64,000 nucleotides of DNA from an uncultured Actinomycetes bacterium. GTDB lineage: Bacteria; Actinomycetota; Thermoleophilia; Gaiellales; Gaiellaceae. The stretch covers positions 139,362 to 203,361 of the forward strand of contig CAVVCN010000002.1 in assembly GCA_963746765.1 (NCBI GenBank), read 5' to 3'. Below the pieces are notes generated by a model. It was not told the DNA's origin, did not search any database, and saw only the letters and a list, made by a program, of their open reading frames with translations. Positions 36,215 through 44,694 of this stretch are shown here, one piece after another (position 1 is the first letter of the stretch; each line of letters starts with the position of its first letter). Both the position numbers and the translations under genes were made by a program.

Positions 36215-36655
36215 ATGGCGATGCGCCTCCAGCACGTCGGACTCGTCGTCGCCGACGTCGAGCGGTCGCGTCGCTTCTACCGCGAGGCGCTCGGGGTCGA
36301 GGAGGTGCCGCGTCCGTCGAACTTCAGGTTCGAAGGCGCGTGGTTCCGCTTCGGCGGCACCGAGATCCACCTGCTCGCGGAGGCGGACACGACGGGCGGG
36401 GCAGGGCAAGGAGACGCGGGGCTCGGTATCGCACGTGGGCTGACCCGGCACCTGGCCTTCGAGGTCGACGACCTCTCGGGTGCATGCGAGCGGCTCGCGG
36501 CGAGCGGCGTCGCGCTCGACGGCGGCCCGATGCCGAGAGGGGACGGGGTCGTGCAAGTGTTCTTCCGAGACCCGGACGGCTACGTCCTCGAGCTGTTCCA
36601 GTGGACGGACGAGGACCAGAGCGACGCGCCCGAACGGCGCCCGGTCGCGAGCTAG
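36215..36655 (+). CDS. VOC family protein (glyoxalase/bleomycin resistance/dioxygenase fold)
   Basis: ATG 36215. LQHVGLVVADVERSRRFY...HLAFEVDD...VFFRDPDGYVLEL. Confidence 0.8.
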   Translation: MAMRLQHVGLVVADVERSRRFYREALGVEEVPRPSNFRFEGAWFRFGGTEIHLLAEADTTGGAGQGDAGLGIARGLTRHLAFEVDDLSGACERLAASGVALDGGPMPRGDGVVQVFFRDPDGYVLELFQWTDEDQSDAPERRPVAS

Positions 36656-38001
36656 CGGCCGAGAGAACCGAGCGCGCGGTACGTCTCGCGCGCAGCGGCG
36701 ACGCCGAGCGGGAAGGTCTCTACGAGCATGCGCTCGTTGGGCGAGTGGGTGTGGCTGTCGGGGAGCGCGAGCCCGGCCATCACGGTCGGGATCTCGCGTC
36801 GCGCGAGTGCGGCGAGGATCGGCAGCGTCCCACCGGCACGCACGACGAGCGGCTCCCGTCCGAAGACGCCCGCGAACGCCCTGCGTCCGAGTCGGAGCGC
36901 GTCCGTGTCGCGCGGAAGTGTCGCGGGCTGCGTCAGGTCGGCGCTCACCTCGAGCGTCGCTCCAGCCGGCAGCGCCTCTCGGAGCAGGCGCTCCGCCGCA
37001 GCCGCGACTTCCTCCGCGTCCTGGCCCGGTGCGACGCGGATCGTCACCCCTGCGGAGGCGTGTGAAACGAGCGTCGTGTTCCGCAGGCCGGGCTTGCCGC
37101 CGAGGATGCCCGTGACGTCGATGGACGGCTCGACGAACGCCCGGACGTAGAACTCCTCGGCTGCACGCTCGTCGAGCGGCACGGCGCCGACCCGGGCGAG
37201 CTCCTCGGCGCCGGGAGGCAGCTGCGACCAGCCGGCGAGCTCGTCCTCGCCCGGCTGCGTGACGCCTGCCCGGAGCGGCTCCGGGAGGCGGCCGTTCGCC
37301 GGGAAGAGCGCGGTCAGAGCCTGCGCGAGCGCGTGGATCGCATTCAGAGCGGTGCCGCCGTAGTGGCCGGAGTGGAGATCGCGGTCGCCGGTCCGCAGGT
37401 CGAGGTCGAGCGCGACGAGGCCGCGGGTGGCGACGATCAGCTCGGGCGTGTTCCGGCGCTTCATCCAGCCGTCGAGGATCACGCAGGCGTCGATCGCCTC
37501 CTGGTCCTCGGCAAGGAACCGTGAGATCGCGTCGCCGCCCGTCTCCTCCTCGCCGTCGCAGACGATCCGGAAGCTCACGGGCAGCTCGCCCGCGCCCACG
37601 AGCGACGCGATCGCCTCGAGCTGCATCCAGAGCTGGCCCTTGTCGTCGGCGACGCCTCTCGCGTAGAGCCACTCGCCGCGCACCTCGGCCGCGAACGGAT
37701 CGCTGTCCCAGAGCTCGAGCGGATCCGGCGGCTGAACGTCGTAGTGCCCGTAGACGAGCACGGTCGATGCTCCCGCCGGCCCTTCGATCCTGCCGACGTG
37801 CAGCCGGCCGCCCTCGCGCACGTCTGCCTCGCCGCCGAGCGCGCGCACCTTCTCCGCGACCCACTCGGCGGCGCGCGTGACCTCGGGCGCGTGCGCGGGA
37901 TCCGCGCTCACGCTCGGGATCGCGAGAAAGGAGGAGAGCTCCTCGAGCCAGCCGGGTCGCAGCGGGTCCGCCGTGGCCATCGCGTGCCAGCGTATCGGCA
38001 C
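36652..38001 (-). CDS. M20 family metallopeptidase (dipeptidase-like)
   Basis: YGHYDVQP, RGVADDKG, CDGEEETGG. The start is GTG 38001 or ATG 37980. Confidence 0.85.
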   Translation of the reverse strand: MPIRWHAMATADPLRPGWLEELSSFLAIPSVSADPAHAPEVTRAAEWVAEKVRALGGEADVREGGRLHVGRIEGPAGASTVLVYGHYDVQPPDPLELWDSDPFAAEVRGEWLYARGVADDKGQLWMQLEAIASLVGAGELPVSFRIVCDGEEETGGDAISRFLAEDQEAIDACVILDGWMKRRNTPELIVATRGLVALDLDLRTGDRDLHSGHYGGTALNAIHALAQALTALFPANGRLPEPLRAGVTQPGEDELAGWSQLPPGAEELARVGAVPLDERAAEEFYVRAFVEPSIDVTGILGGKPGLRNTTLVSHASAGVTIRVAPGQDAEEVAAAAERLLREALPAGATLEVSADLTQPATLPRDTDALRLGRRAFAGVFGREPLVVRAGGTLPILAALARREIPTVMAGLALPDSHTHSPNERMLVETFPLGVAAARETYRALGSLGR

Positions 38002-38098
38002 TCACACGAGACTCTTAGTCCGCTATCAGCGCCTCCTTAGGAGCCCCCGGTTCACTCGACGAATGATGATCAGCGACGAACGAAGGAGGTGAAGTCCG

Positions 38099-38341
38099 AT
38101 GGACGAGGCGAAGAGCAGAACCGGTCTGCGCGCCGCGCTCGGCTTACTCGTGGTCGTCGTCGCCGTGGCGACCTTCTGGGTCACGTCGGCTTTCGCTGCC
38201 GACAACTCGGCGGCGAACGACCGGGGCCCGAGCTCGAGCCCGGCGGCCGCGTACGTGCAGAACGACGGGAACGACGACGCGGCCCCCGATCGCAACTGCC
38301 CGGAGCGCGACGGCGACTCCGAGCAGAGCTCCGACGTGTGA
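38099..38341 (+). CDS. small secreted, highly acidic protein
   Basis: Strong RBS GAAGGAGGTGAAG 6 nt upstream. Signal peptide ...LLVVVVAVATFWVTSAFA/ADNS. The roughly 45-aa mature part is rich in D/N/S with one Cys. High GC3. Confidence 0.6.
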   Translation: MDEAKSRTGLRAALGLLVVVVAVATFWVTSAFAADNSAANDRGPSSSPAAAYVQNDGNDDAAPDRNCPERDGDSEQSSDV

Positions 38342-38477
38342 CGTCGGACTGAGGCCGGTACCCCGGACGTCGGCGTGGAGGCCAACGACGACATCGGGGT
38401 GCCGGTTCTTTCAGTCGCGTGCGAATCACTCGTTCGCGGTCGCCGCCCTTCGCGAAGATCCCGATAACGGGAGGGCC

Positions 38478-40142
38478 GTGAAGTCCCTCCTCTTCGGCCC
38501 GCGCCGTTCCGCGGGCGCAGGCTCGCCGTCGCTCGGCAGCGTCGAGGCCGCGCTCGCCCCGGCCTTCGCGGACGGCCGCTGGCTCGTCCCGTCGCGGTTC
38601 AACTTCACGCGTGACGTCGTCGAGGCGCTCGCGCAGGACCGGTCGCGACGGGCGCTGACCTACCTCGGCCACGACGTCGTGATCGAGCCGCGCACGTTCT
38701 CGCAGCTCGCGCTCGGCGCGGCGCACTGGGCGACGCTCTTGCGCGAGGCGGGGGTCCGCCCCGGCGACCGTGTTCTCGTGCTCGTGGGCGCAACCCCGGA
38801 GTGGGTCGAGATCATGCTGGGCGCGATCAAGGTCGGCGCGGTCGCGGTGCCGTCGAGCGAGCGGCTTACGGCATCGGCTCTCGACATCCGGCTCGCCGCC
38901 TCCGGCGCCAAGGTCGCCGTCGCCTCGCGGCGCGCGACGATCGAGCTCGGCTCGTGCTCGCGCTCCCCGACGGTCATCCCGGTGGACACGGCGGCCAGGG
39001 AGGCGCAGCGCTTGCCGAAGGAGGCCCCGACCCACGACACCGGAGCGCGCGATCCCGCCTTCATCCTCTCGACGACCGGCCGCACGAACGGGCCACGCGG
39101 CGTTCTCCACACGCATGCGTCGGCATTCGCGGCGCGCGTCCAGGCCGAGCACTGGCTGGACGCGGGCCTCGGCGACGTCGTCTGGTGCACGTCGCCGACC
39201 GACTCGCCGCAGGCGCTCTGGGGCACGCTGCTCGGGCCGTGGGCACGAGGCGCCTCGGTCGTTCTCCACGACCGCGTCTTCGATCCCGCCGAGCGGCTCG
39301 ACCTGCTCGGCCGCCTCGGCGTCACGGTCCTGTGTCAGACGCCGGCCGAGTACCGGGCGCTCGCCGAGACGGGGCGGCTCGCGCGTCATCGCTGGGCGCG
39401 GCCACGGCGGCTCGTCTCCACCGGCGATGAGCTCCCGGACGACCTCGTCCAGCTGTTCGAGGACGAGTGGGGGCTCACCATCCAGGACGGCTACTCGCAG
39501 GCGGAGGCCGGCGTCGTCATCGGTCACCGGAGCGAGGACGTCCCGCGCGGATCGCTCGGGCGGCCCCTGCCCGGCTACGACGTGGGCGTCATCGACGAAT
39601 GCGGCGACGAGGTCCCGGCAGGCTGCGAGGGTGCGCTCGCGCTCCGCGGGAGCCCGCCGTCCCTCTTCGCCGGGTACTGGAACGCGCCGGACGCGACGAA
39701 CGCCGCATATCGCGGCGACTGGTTCGTGACGGGGGATGCGGGCGTGCGCGACGAGGACGGGTTCCTCTGGCTCACCGGGCGACACGAGCCCTCGCCGCGG
39801 CCTGTAGCCGCGCCCGTCCCCGAGCCGGCCCTCGTCGAGGAGCCGATCGTCGTCGCGAGCCCGCCCGCGCCGCAGGTCGAGCCCCCCGCACCGGCCCAGC
39901 CGCGCCGGGCCGAGCCTGCAGCGGCCCAGCCGGTGCCCGAGCCCGCGCCGGATCCCGCGGTCGAGGCGGAGCCGCCCGGACGACGTACCTCACGGATCCA
40001 CCGCCTCACACTCACCCTGTGGGTGCTCGCCGCCGGCGTCATGATCGGCGGCGTCGCGATCCCGCACGCCCAGGACCAGCCACGCGTGGTCCCGAGGAGC
40101 GAGGACGCGCCGAACGCGATCTGCCTCGCGCCTCGTCCCTAG
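38478..40142 (+). CDS. divergent adenylate-forming (ANL/AMP-binding) N-terminal domain protein with Pro-rich linker and C-terminal transmembrane anchor
   Basis: GTG start. ANL core present up to motifs A7/A8 (WFVTGDAGVRDEDGFLWLTGR), then PSPRPVAAPVPEP...Pro-rich segment and one hydrophobic helix LTLTLWVLAAGVMIGGVAI. No C-terminal ANL subdomain in any frame. Confidence 0.8.
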   Translation: MKSLLFGPRRSAGAGSPSLGSVEAALAPAFADGRWLVPSRFNFTRDVVEALAQDRSRRALTYLGHDVVIEPRTFSQLALGAAHWATLLREAGVRPGDRVLVLVGATPEWVEIMLGAIKVGAVAVPSSERLTASALDIRLAASGAKVAVASRRATIELGSCSRSPTVIPVDTAAREAQRLPKEAPTHDTGARDPAFILSTTGRTNGPRGVLHTHASAFAARVQAEHWLDAGLGDVVWCTSPTDSPQALWGTLLGPWARGASVVLHDRVFDPAERLDLLGRLGVTVLCQTPAEYRALAETGRLARHRWARPRRLVSTGDELPDDLVQLFEDEWGLTIQDGYSQAEAGVVIGHRSEDVPRGSLGRPLPGYDVGVIDECGDEVPAGCEGALALRGSPPSLFAGYWNAPDATNAAYRGDWFVTGDAGVRDEDGFLWLTGRHEPSPRPVAAPVPEPALVEEPIVVASPPAPQVEPPAPAQPRRAEPAAAQPVPEPAPDPAVEAEPPGRRTSRIHRLTLTLWVLAAGVMIGGVAIPHAQDQPRVVPRSEDAPNAICLAPRP

Positions 40143-40483
40143 ACGCGGCCACCCTCGAGCGGGAGGCCGGCGTCTCGCCAGTCCTGTTTCCCGCCCGAGT
40201 AGTGCAGCACGTTCCGGTACCCGAGCTCGACGAGCCGATCGCCGACCTCGCCGGAGCTCTCGCACGAGTGGTTCGCGCAGTAGACGACGACCTCCGTGTC
40301 GAGGTCGGGAATCCGCCTGGAAGCGAGATCGTCCACGCGGTCGGGCGGGATGTTGACCGCGCCCGGAAGGTGTGCGCCGGCGTAGGCCAGGGGCGGGAGC
40401 GCGTCCACGAGCACGAACGCCTCGCCGCGCTCGATCTTCTCCCGAAGGGCGTCGCGGTCGATCTCGACGAGCGCCGTCGTCAC
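40139..40483 (-). CDS. rhodanese-like domain protein
   Basis: 114 aa. VLVDALPPLAYAGAHLPGAVNIP...VVVYCANHSCESS...LGYRNVLHYSGGKQDW is a single rhodanese-domain pattern. Confidence 0.8.
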   Translation of the reverse strand: MTTALVEIDRDALREKIERGEAFVLVDALPPLAYAGAHLPGAVNIPPDRVDDLASRRIPDLDTEVVVYCANHSCESSGEVGDRLVELGYRNVLHYSGGKQDWRDAGLPLEGGRV

Positions 40484-40496
40484 GGCGGAAGTGTGC

Positions 40497-40985
40497 CTAC
40501 TGCGACGTGCCGAGCCCGACCGTGAACTCGCGCTCGCGTCCGCGCCAGCTCACGTGCAGCGACTCCGCGACCTTGCGCAGGAGCGAGACCGCCGCCGGGT
40601 TGTCGCCGCACACCGTGGCGACGAGCTCCGTGAACCCGGCCGCGCGGGCGTCGGCCGCCAGCTCGCCCGCAAGCGTCGAGCCGATCCCACGGCGCTGGTG
40701 CACGTCGGCGACCTCGAACGCGATCTCCGCGGCGGGACCGATCCTCACGAGCCGGGCCATGCCCGCGGGCTCGGGGTCTCCGGCCACGTACCCGACGAGG
40801 ACGTGGTGGTCGCCGTCGACGCGCGCGAGTGCCACCAGCTCCGGGTCGGAGAGCGACGGCTTCGCACCGCAGAAGCGCTGCTCCCGCGAGCGCTGACCGA
40901 GCCGCGCGAAGAGCGCGCCGACGGTCGCGACGTCGCCGTCCCGGAGCGTCCGGATGGTGACCCCGTTGACGTAGCGCGCCTGCAT
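40497..40985 (-). CDS. GNAT family N-acetyltransferase, Pat-type (protein lysine acetyltransferase-like) domain
   Basis: ATG 40985. SREQRF...LSDPELVALARVDGDHHVLVGYV...AEIAFEVADVHQRRGIGSTLAGELAADARAAGFTELVATV resembles the GNAT domain of Pat/PatZ-type enzymes. Confidence 0.7.
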   Translation of the reverse strand: MQARYVNGVTIRTLRDGDVATVGALFARLGQRSREQRFCGAKPSLSDPELVALARVDGDHHVLVGYVAGDPEPAGMARLVRIGPAAEIAFEVADVHQRRGIGSTLAGELAADARAAGFTELVATVCGDNPAAVSLLRKVAESLHVSWRGREREFTVGLGTSQ

Positions 40986-41040
40986 GGGTCGATGGTGCGC
41001 CCGGCGCGCAACGTGCGCTTCGCCACTGCGGGCCATCTTC

Positions 41041-41069
41041 TTGACATGGCCCGATCGGGCCACCACACT
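41041..41069 (+). promoter_or_regulatory. candidate promoter (TTGACA-N17-CACACT) with a perfect 14-bp palindrome in the spacer; would give a leaderless mRNA
   Basis: TTGACA 41041-41046; GGCCCGATCGGGCC 41048-41061 is a perfect palindrome; CACACT 41064-41069. The GTG/ATG start codons at 41075/41078 fall where the transcription start would be. Confidence 0.35.
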
Positions 41070-41074
41070 CACGG

Positions 41075-42106
41075 GTGATGTCGCAGACCGAGCAGGAGAT
41101 CCGCTTCTGCGAGCTCGACGGCCGTCGCATCGCCTACGCGACCGTCGGTGAAGGGCCACTGCTGCTCTTCGGTGGCCGCTGGGTCACACATCTCGAGGAG
41201 GAGTGGGCGGAGCCCGCGCCCCGGCGCTTCTTCGAGGAGCTCTCCCGGACGCATCGCGTCGTTCGGTACGACCGGCTCGGCACGGGGCTCTCGGACCGCA
41301 ACCTGCTCGACCCGCTGACGGCGGAGGCCGAGACCCGGATGCTGGCCGCCGTGCACGAGTCGGTCGGGGCCGACCCGGCGATCCTCTTCGCGTGCTCGTG
41401 CGCGGGGCTTGCGAGCACGCGCTACGCGGTCGAGTCCCCGGACCGGGTTCGGAAGATCGTCTACTACGGCGCCTACGCCGCGCGCGACGACATCCCGGAG
41501 GCGACCCGCCGCTCGCTCGTGGACTTCGTGCGCGTCAACTGGCAACTCGCGACGCAGATGCTCGCCGGGCTCTTCATGCCGCACGGAAGCGGCGACGAGA
41601 TCGCGGCGTTCAGCCGCTATCAACGCCACTCCGCGAACGCGGACGTCGCCGCCGCCTTCATGGAGCTCGACCTCGGCTCGGACGTGCGCGAGTTCCTGCC
41701 TCGGGTCACGATGCCCGCGCTCGTGCTCCACCGCCGCGGCGACTGCACGGTGCCGATCGGCCGCGGTCGCGAGCTCGCGGCGTTGCTCCCGAACGCGCGC
41801 TTCGTCGCGCTGAACGGAGACGCGCACCTGCCGTGGCTCGAGGACCAGCGCGAGGTCCAGCGGGCGCTCGCCGGCTTCCTCGAGGACGCCCCGGCGCTCG
41901 ACCCGAACGCCGACTCGCCGCTCTCGCGCCGCGAGACCGAGGTTCTCCGGCTCGTCGCGGCCGGGCTCTCCAATCGCGAGATCGCGTCCTCGCTCGTCCT
42001 GAGCGAGCACACGGTGCACCGGCACGTCGCGAACATCCTGCAGAAGCTCACCCAGTCCTCGCGGGCGGCCGCTGCGGCGCACGCGACGCGCGTCGGCCTG
42101 ATCTAG
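41075..42106 (+). CDS. LuxR family transcriptional regulator with N-terminal alpha/beta-hydrolase-fold domain
   Basis: C-terminal LSRRETEVLRLVAAGLSNREIASSLVLSEHTVHRHVANILQKL. The N-terminal roughly 270 aa has hydrolase topology with an AxSxA elbow (FACSCAG) and late D/H (NGDAHLPW). Confidence 0.8.
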   Translation: MMSQTEQEIRFCELDGRRIAYATVGEGPLLLFGGRWVTHLEEEWAEPAPRRFFEELSRTHRVVRYDRLGTGLSDRNLLDPLTAEAETRMLAAVHESVGADPAILFACSCAGLASTRYAVESPDRVRKIVYYGAYAARDDIPEATRRSLVDFVRVNWQLATQMLAGLFMPHGSGDEIAAFSRYQRHSANADVAAAFMELDLGSDVREFLPRVTMPALVLHRRGDCTVPIGRGRELAALLPNARFVALNGDAHLPWLEDQREVQRALAGFLEDAPALDPNADSPLSRRETEVLRLVAAGLSNREIASSLVLSEHTVHRHVANILQKLTQSSRAAAAAHATRVGLI

Positions 42107-42717
42107 CCGAGCGCGACGCCGCGCCAGATCGTGTCCAGCACCGCTTTCGGGTCGGGCTGGGCAGCCGATTCGCGGCCGAACGGAAACACCATCCGCAGGA
42201 AGCCGGCCCCGACGAGCAGGTCGGCGATCAGCTCGGCATCCGCGTCCGGGCGCAGCTCGCCGCGCTCGCGCGCCTCCGTGAGGAGCGCGACGATCGGACC
42301 GCGCAGCGGCTTGACGACACGCTCGGCGTAGGCGTCGGCGAACGCCTCGTTTCGTTGCAGCTCGCCGAGCAGGCCGGGGAGGAGCTTGCTTGCGAGCGAG
42401 CCCCCGAACAGACGCTCCGCCGCGTCCACATGGTCGAGCAAGAGGTCGTACACGTCGGCGGCGTCCTCGCCTTGCCGCAGCTCGAGCTCGGACGTGAGAT
42501 CCGAGAGCGCGTCGAGGATCAGCTCGTCCTTCGAGCACCAGCGGCGGTAAATCGTGTTCTTGCCGACTCCGGCTCGCTCCGCGATCGCATCCATCGTCGC
42601 GGCGCGGAAGCCTCTCTCGGCGAGCAGCTCGAGCGCCGCCCGGAGGATGGTGGTGCTCGCCTCGGCCCGGCGAGGCCGGCCGCGGCGGCGAGCCGCAGTA
42701 GGGTCGCCCGTCGTCAC
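42103..42717 (-). CDS. TetR family transcriptional regulator
   Basis: HTH TMDAIAERAGVGKNTIYRRW; 204 aa. Confidence 0.9.
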   Translation of the reverse strand: MTTGDPTAARRRGRPRRAEASTTILRAALELLAERGFRAATMDAIAERAGVGKNTIYRRWCSKDELILDALSDLTSELELRQGEDAADVYDLLLDHVDAAERLFGGSLASKLLPGLLGELQRNEAFADAYAERVVKPLRGPIVALLTEARERGELRPDADAELIADLLVGAGFLRMVFPFGRESAAQPDPKAVLDTIWRGVALG

Positions 42718-42733
42718 TGGCGGTGGATTCTAA

Positions 42734-42757
42734 TTCCGAAACCGGCCGTTCTCGGAA
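42734..42757. promoter_or_regulatory. candidate TetR operator (24-bp imperfect palindrome)
   Basis: In TTCCGAAACCGG|CCGTTCTCGGAA, the half-sites match 10 of 12 as inverted repeats. It lies in the 93-nt divergent region between the TetR gene and the PEP-mutase-family gene. Confidence 0.4.
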
Positions 42758-42810
42758 CGTAAGCCGGCGACCGGCCACCGGGAACGTGGCAGTGTTCGGT
42801 CGCATCCTCG

Positions 42811-43605
42811 ATGACCGACCAGGCGAACAAGGCCGAGGCGTTCCGCGCGCTGCACGAGGGCGAGCCCTTCGTCATCCCGAACCCGTGGGACGTCGGCTCC
42901 GCGCGCATGTTCGAGGCGCTCGGCTTCGAGGCGCTCGCGACGACGAGCTCGGGCTTCGCGTTCACGCTCGGCCGTCTCGACGGCGGAGCCACCCTGGATG
43001 ACGTCATTGCCCACACGGCCGCGCTCGCAGAGGCCACCGCGCTCCCGGTCTCGGTCGATCTCGAGAACGGCTACGGCGCCTCTCCCGAGGCCGCAGCGCT
43101 CGCGATCACCCGTGTCGCCGAGGCCGGTGCGGTCGGCGGCTCGATCGAGGACTGGGATCCGAGCGGCCACCTGTACGAGCCGGCACACGCGGTCCAGCGC
43201 GTCTCCGCCGCGGTGGAGGCCGCGCGGTCTCTCGGCTTCCCCTTCACCCTGACCGCGAGAGCCGAGAACCACATCCGCGCCAACCCGGACCTCGACGACA
43301 CCATCGCCCGGCTCCGGAGCTTCGAGGAGGCCGGCGCGGACGTGCTCTACGCGCCCGGCCTGCGCACCGTCGACGAGATCCGCACCGTGTGCGAGGCGGT
43401 CACGAAGCCGGTGAACGTCCTTGCTCTGCCAGGGCTCTCGCTCGCAGACGTCTTCGGCGCAGGCGCACAGCGGGTGAGCGTCGGCGGCGGCCTCGCCTGG
43501 GTCGGCATTGCCGCGGCCGCGGCCGCGGCGACCGAGATCCGCGACGGCGGCGAGCTCTCGTCGCTCGCGGCGCGCGTCCCGGTCGGCGAGTGGTTCAGCC
43601 GCTGA
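42811..43605 (+). CDS. isocitrate lyase/PEP mutase superfamily protein (2-methylisocitrate lyase / carboxyvinyl-carboxyphosphonate phosphorylmutase-like)
   Basis: FRALHEGEPFVIPNPWDVGSARMFE..GFEALATTSSG, DLENGYG, GGSIED. Confidence 0.8.
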   Translation: MTDQANKAEAFRALHEGEPFVIPNPWDVGSARMFEALGFEALATTSSGFAFTLGRLDGGATLDDVIAHTAALAEATALPVSVDLENGYGASPEAAALAITRVAEAGAVGGSIEDWDPSGHLYEPAHAVQRVSAAVEAARSLGFPFTLTARAENHIRANPDLDDTIARLRSFEEAGADVLYAPGLRTVDEIRTVCEAVTKPVNVLALPGLSLADVFGAGAQRVSVGGGLAWVGIAAAAAAATEIRDGGELSSLAARVPVGEWFSR

Positions 43606-43703
43606 GCCTGCGCCGGCGCGCGGAGAGCGAGCGCTCAGGTCGGGCACATGCCGACGCACTTCCCGGAGGCTTACGCGGCTCGGGTTCGGGGTACGCTCGG
43701 CTC

Positions 43704-44135
43704 GTGAAGCGTCTCGAGGAGATCCTGGACGAGAAAGGCAGCGATCTCTTCACGGTCGAGGCCGAGGCGTCGGTCTACGAGGCGGTCGAGCAGATGGTCG
43801 AGCGGAACGTCGGCTCGCTGCTCGTGACCGAGGGCGGTGCGATCACGGGAATCGTCACCGAGCGCGACTACCTTCGCCGCGTGACGCTGGAAGACCGCAC
43901 CGACCGCGAGACGCCTGTGCGGGAGATCATGTCCGCACCGCTCGTCGTCGTCACGCCGGAGACGACCGTCGACGAGTGCCTCGCGTTGATGACCGACCGT
44001 CGCATCCGGCACCTGCCCGTCGTCCAGGAGGGTGAGGTCGTCGCGCTCGTGTCCATCGGCGACCTCGTGAAGTTCATCTCGGAGCAGCAGGCCTTCGAGA
44101 TCCAGTACCTGACGCAGTACATCACCGCCAGCTGA
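43704..44135 (+). CDS. CBS domain pair protein
   Basis: GTG 43704. Two CBS units: VYEAVEQMVERNVGSLLVTE...GIVTERD and VDECLALMTDRRIRHLPVVQ...LVSIGD. Confidence 0.85.
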   Translation: MKRLEEILDEKGSDLFTVEAEASVYEAVEQMVERNVGSLLVTEGGAITGIVTERDYLRRVTLEDRTDRETPVREIMSAPLVVVTPETTVDECLALMTDRRIRHLPVVQEGEVVALVSIGDLVKFISEQQAFEIQYLTQYITAS

Positions 44136-44147
44136 AGCCCGCAGGCG

Positions 44148-44684
44148 GTGACGCGCCACGTCGTCCTCCTGCGCGGCATCAACGTCGGGAGCAGGAACCG
44201 GATCTCGATGCCCGAGCTCCGCTCCGCGCTCGAGGAGGCGGGGTTCGGCGACGTCAAGACCTATGTCCAGAGCGGGAACGTCGTTCTCTCGAGCCGTGGC
44301 GCAGCGACCGCGGTGGCCCGCAAGGTCGGACGCGTTATCAGCACGCGCTTCGACCTCGACATCGAGGTCGTGGTGCGCACGCGCGACGAGCTCGCGGGCA
44401 TCGTGAAGCGGAATCCGCACGCCGGCGTCGCGACGGACCCGAAGCGCTATCAGGTGACGTTCCTGTCCGAGAAGCCGGGCAAGGAGCTCATCGGCCGGGT
44501 CGAGAGGCTTGCGGCGGAAGGAGAGAAGATCGCGCATGCGGGACGCGAGCTCTACGTCTGGCATCCCGACGGGATTGGCCGCTCGAAGCTCGCCGAGCTG
44601 CTGGCCGGCCGGCGCCTCGGCGTGGTCGCCACCTCACGCAACTGGCGCACGGTCGAGGCGCTGCTCGAGCTCGTCGACGAGTGA
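44148..44684 (+). CDS. DUF1697 domain protein
   Basis: VVLLRGINVGSRNRISMPELR...VKTYVQSGNVV is the characteristic DUF1697 N-terminus. Confidence 0.75.
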   Translation: MTRHVVLLRGINVGSRNRISMPELRSALEEAGFGDVKTYVQSGNVVLSSRGAATAVARKVGRVISTRFDLDIEVVVRTRDELAGIVKRNPHAGVATDPKRYQVTFLSEKPGKELIGRVERLAAEGEKIAHAGRELYVWHPDGIGRSKLAELLAGRRLGVVATSRNWRTVEALLELVDE

Positions 44685-44694
44685 CCGCGCTGCG

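Noticed and set aside
39780-40142. Truncation of the first ANL protein as a sequencing frameshift.
   Set aside because: I translated the other two forward frames across and beyond this region. Neither contains anything like the ANL C-terminal subdomain (no PxxxxGKxxR-type motif). The in-frame tail has good coding bias and a plausible TM helix.
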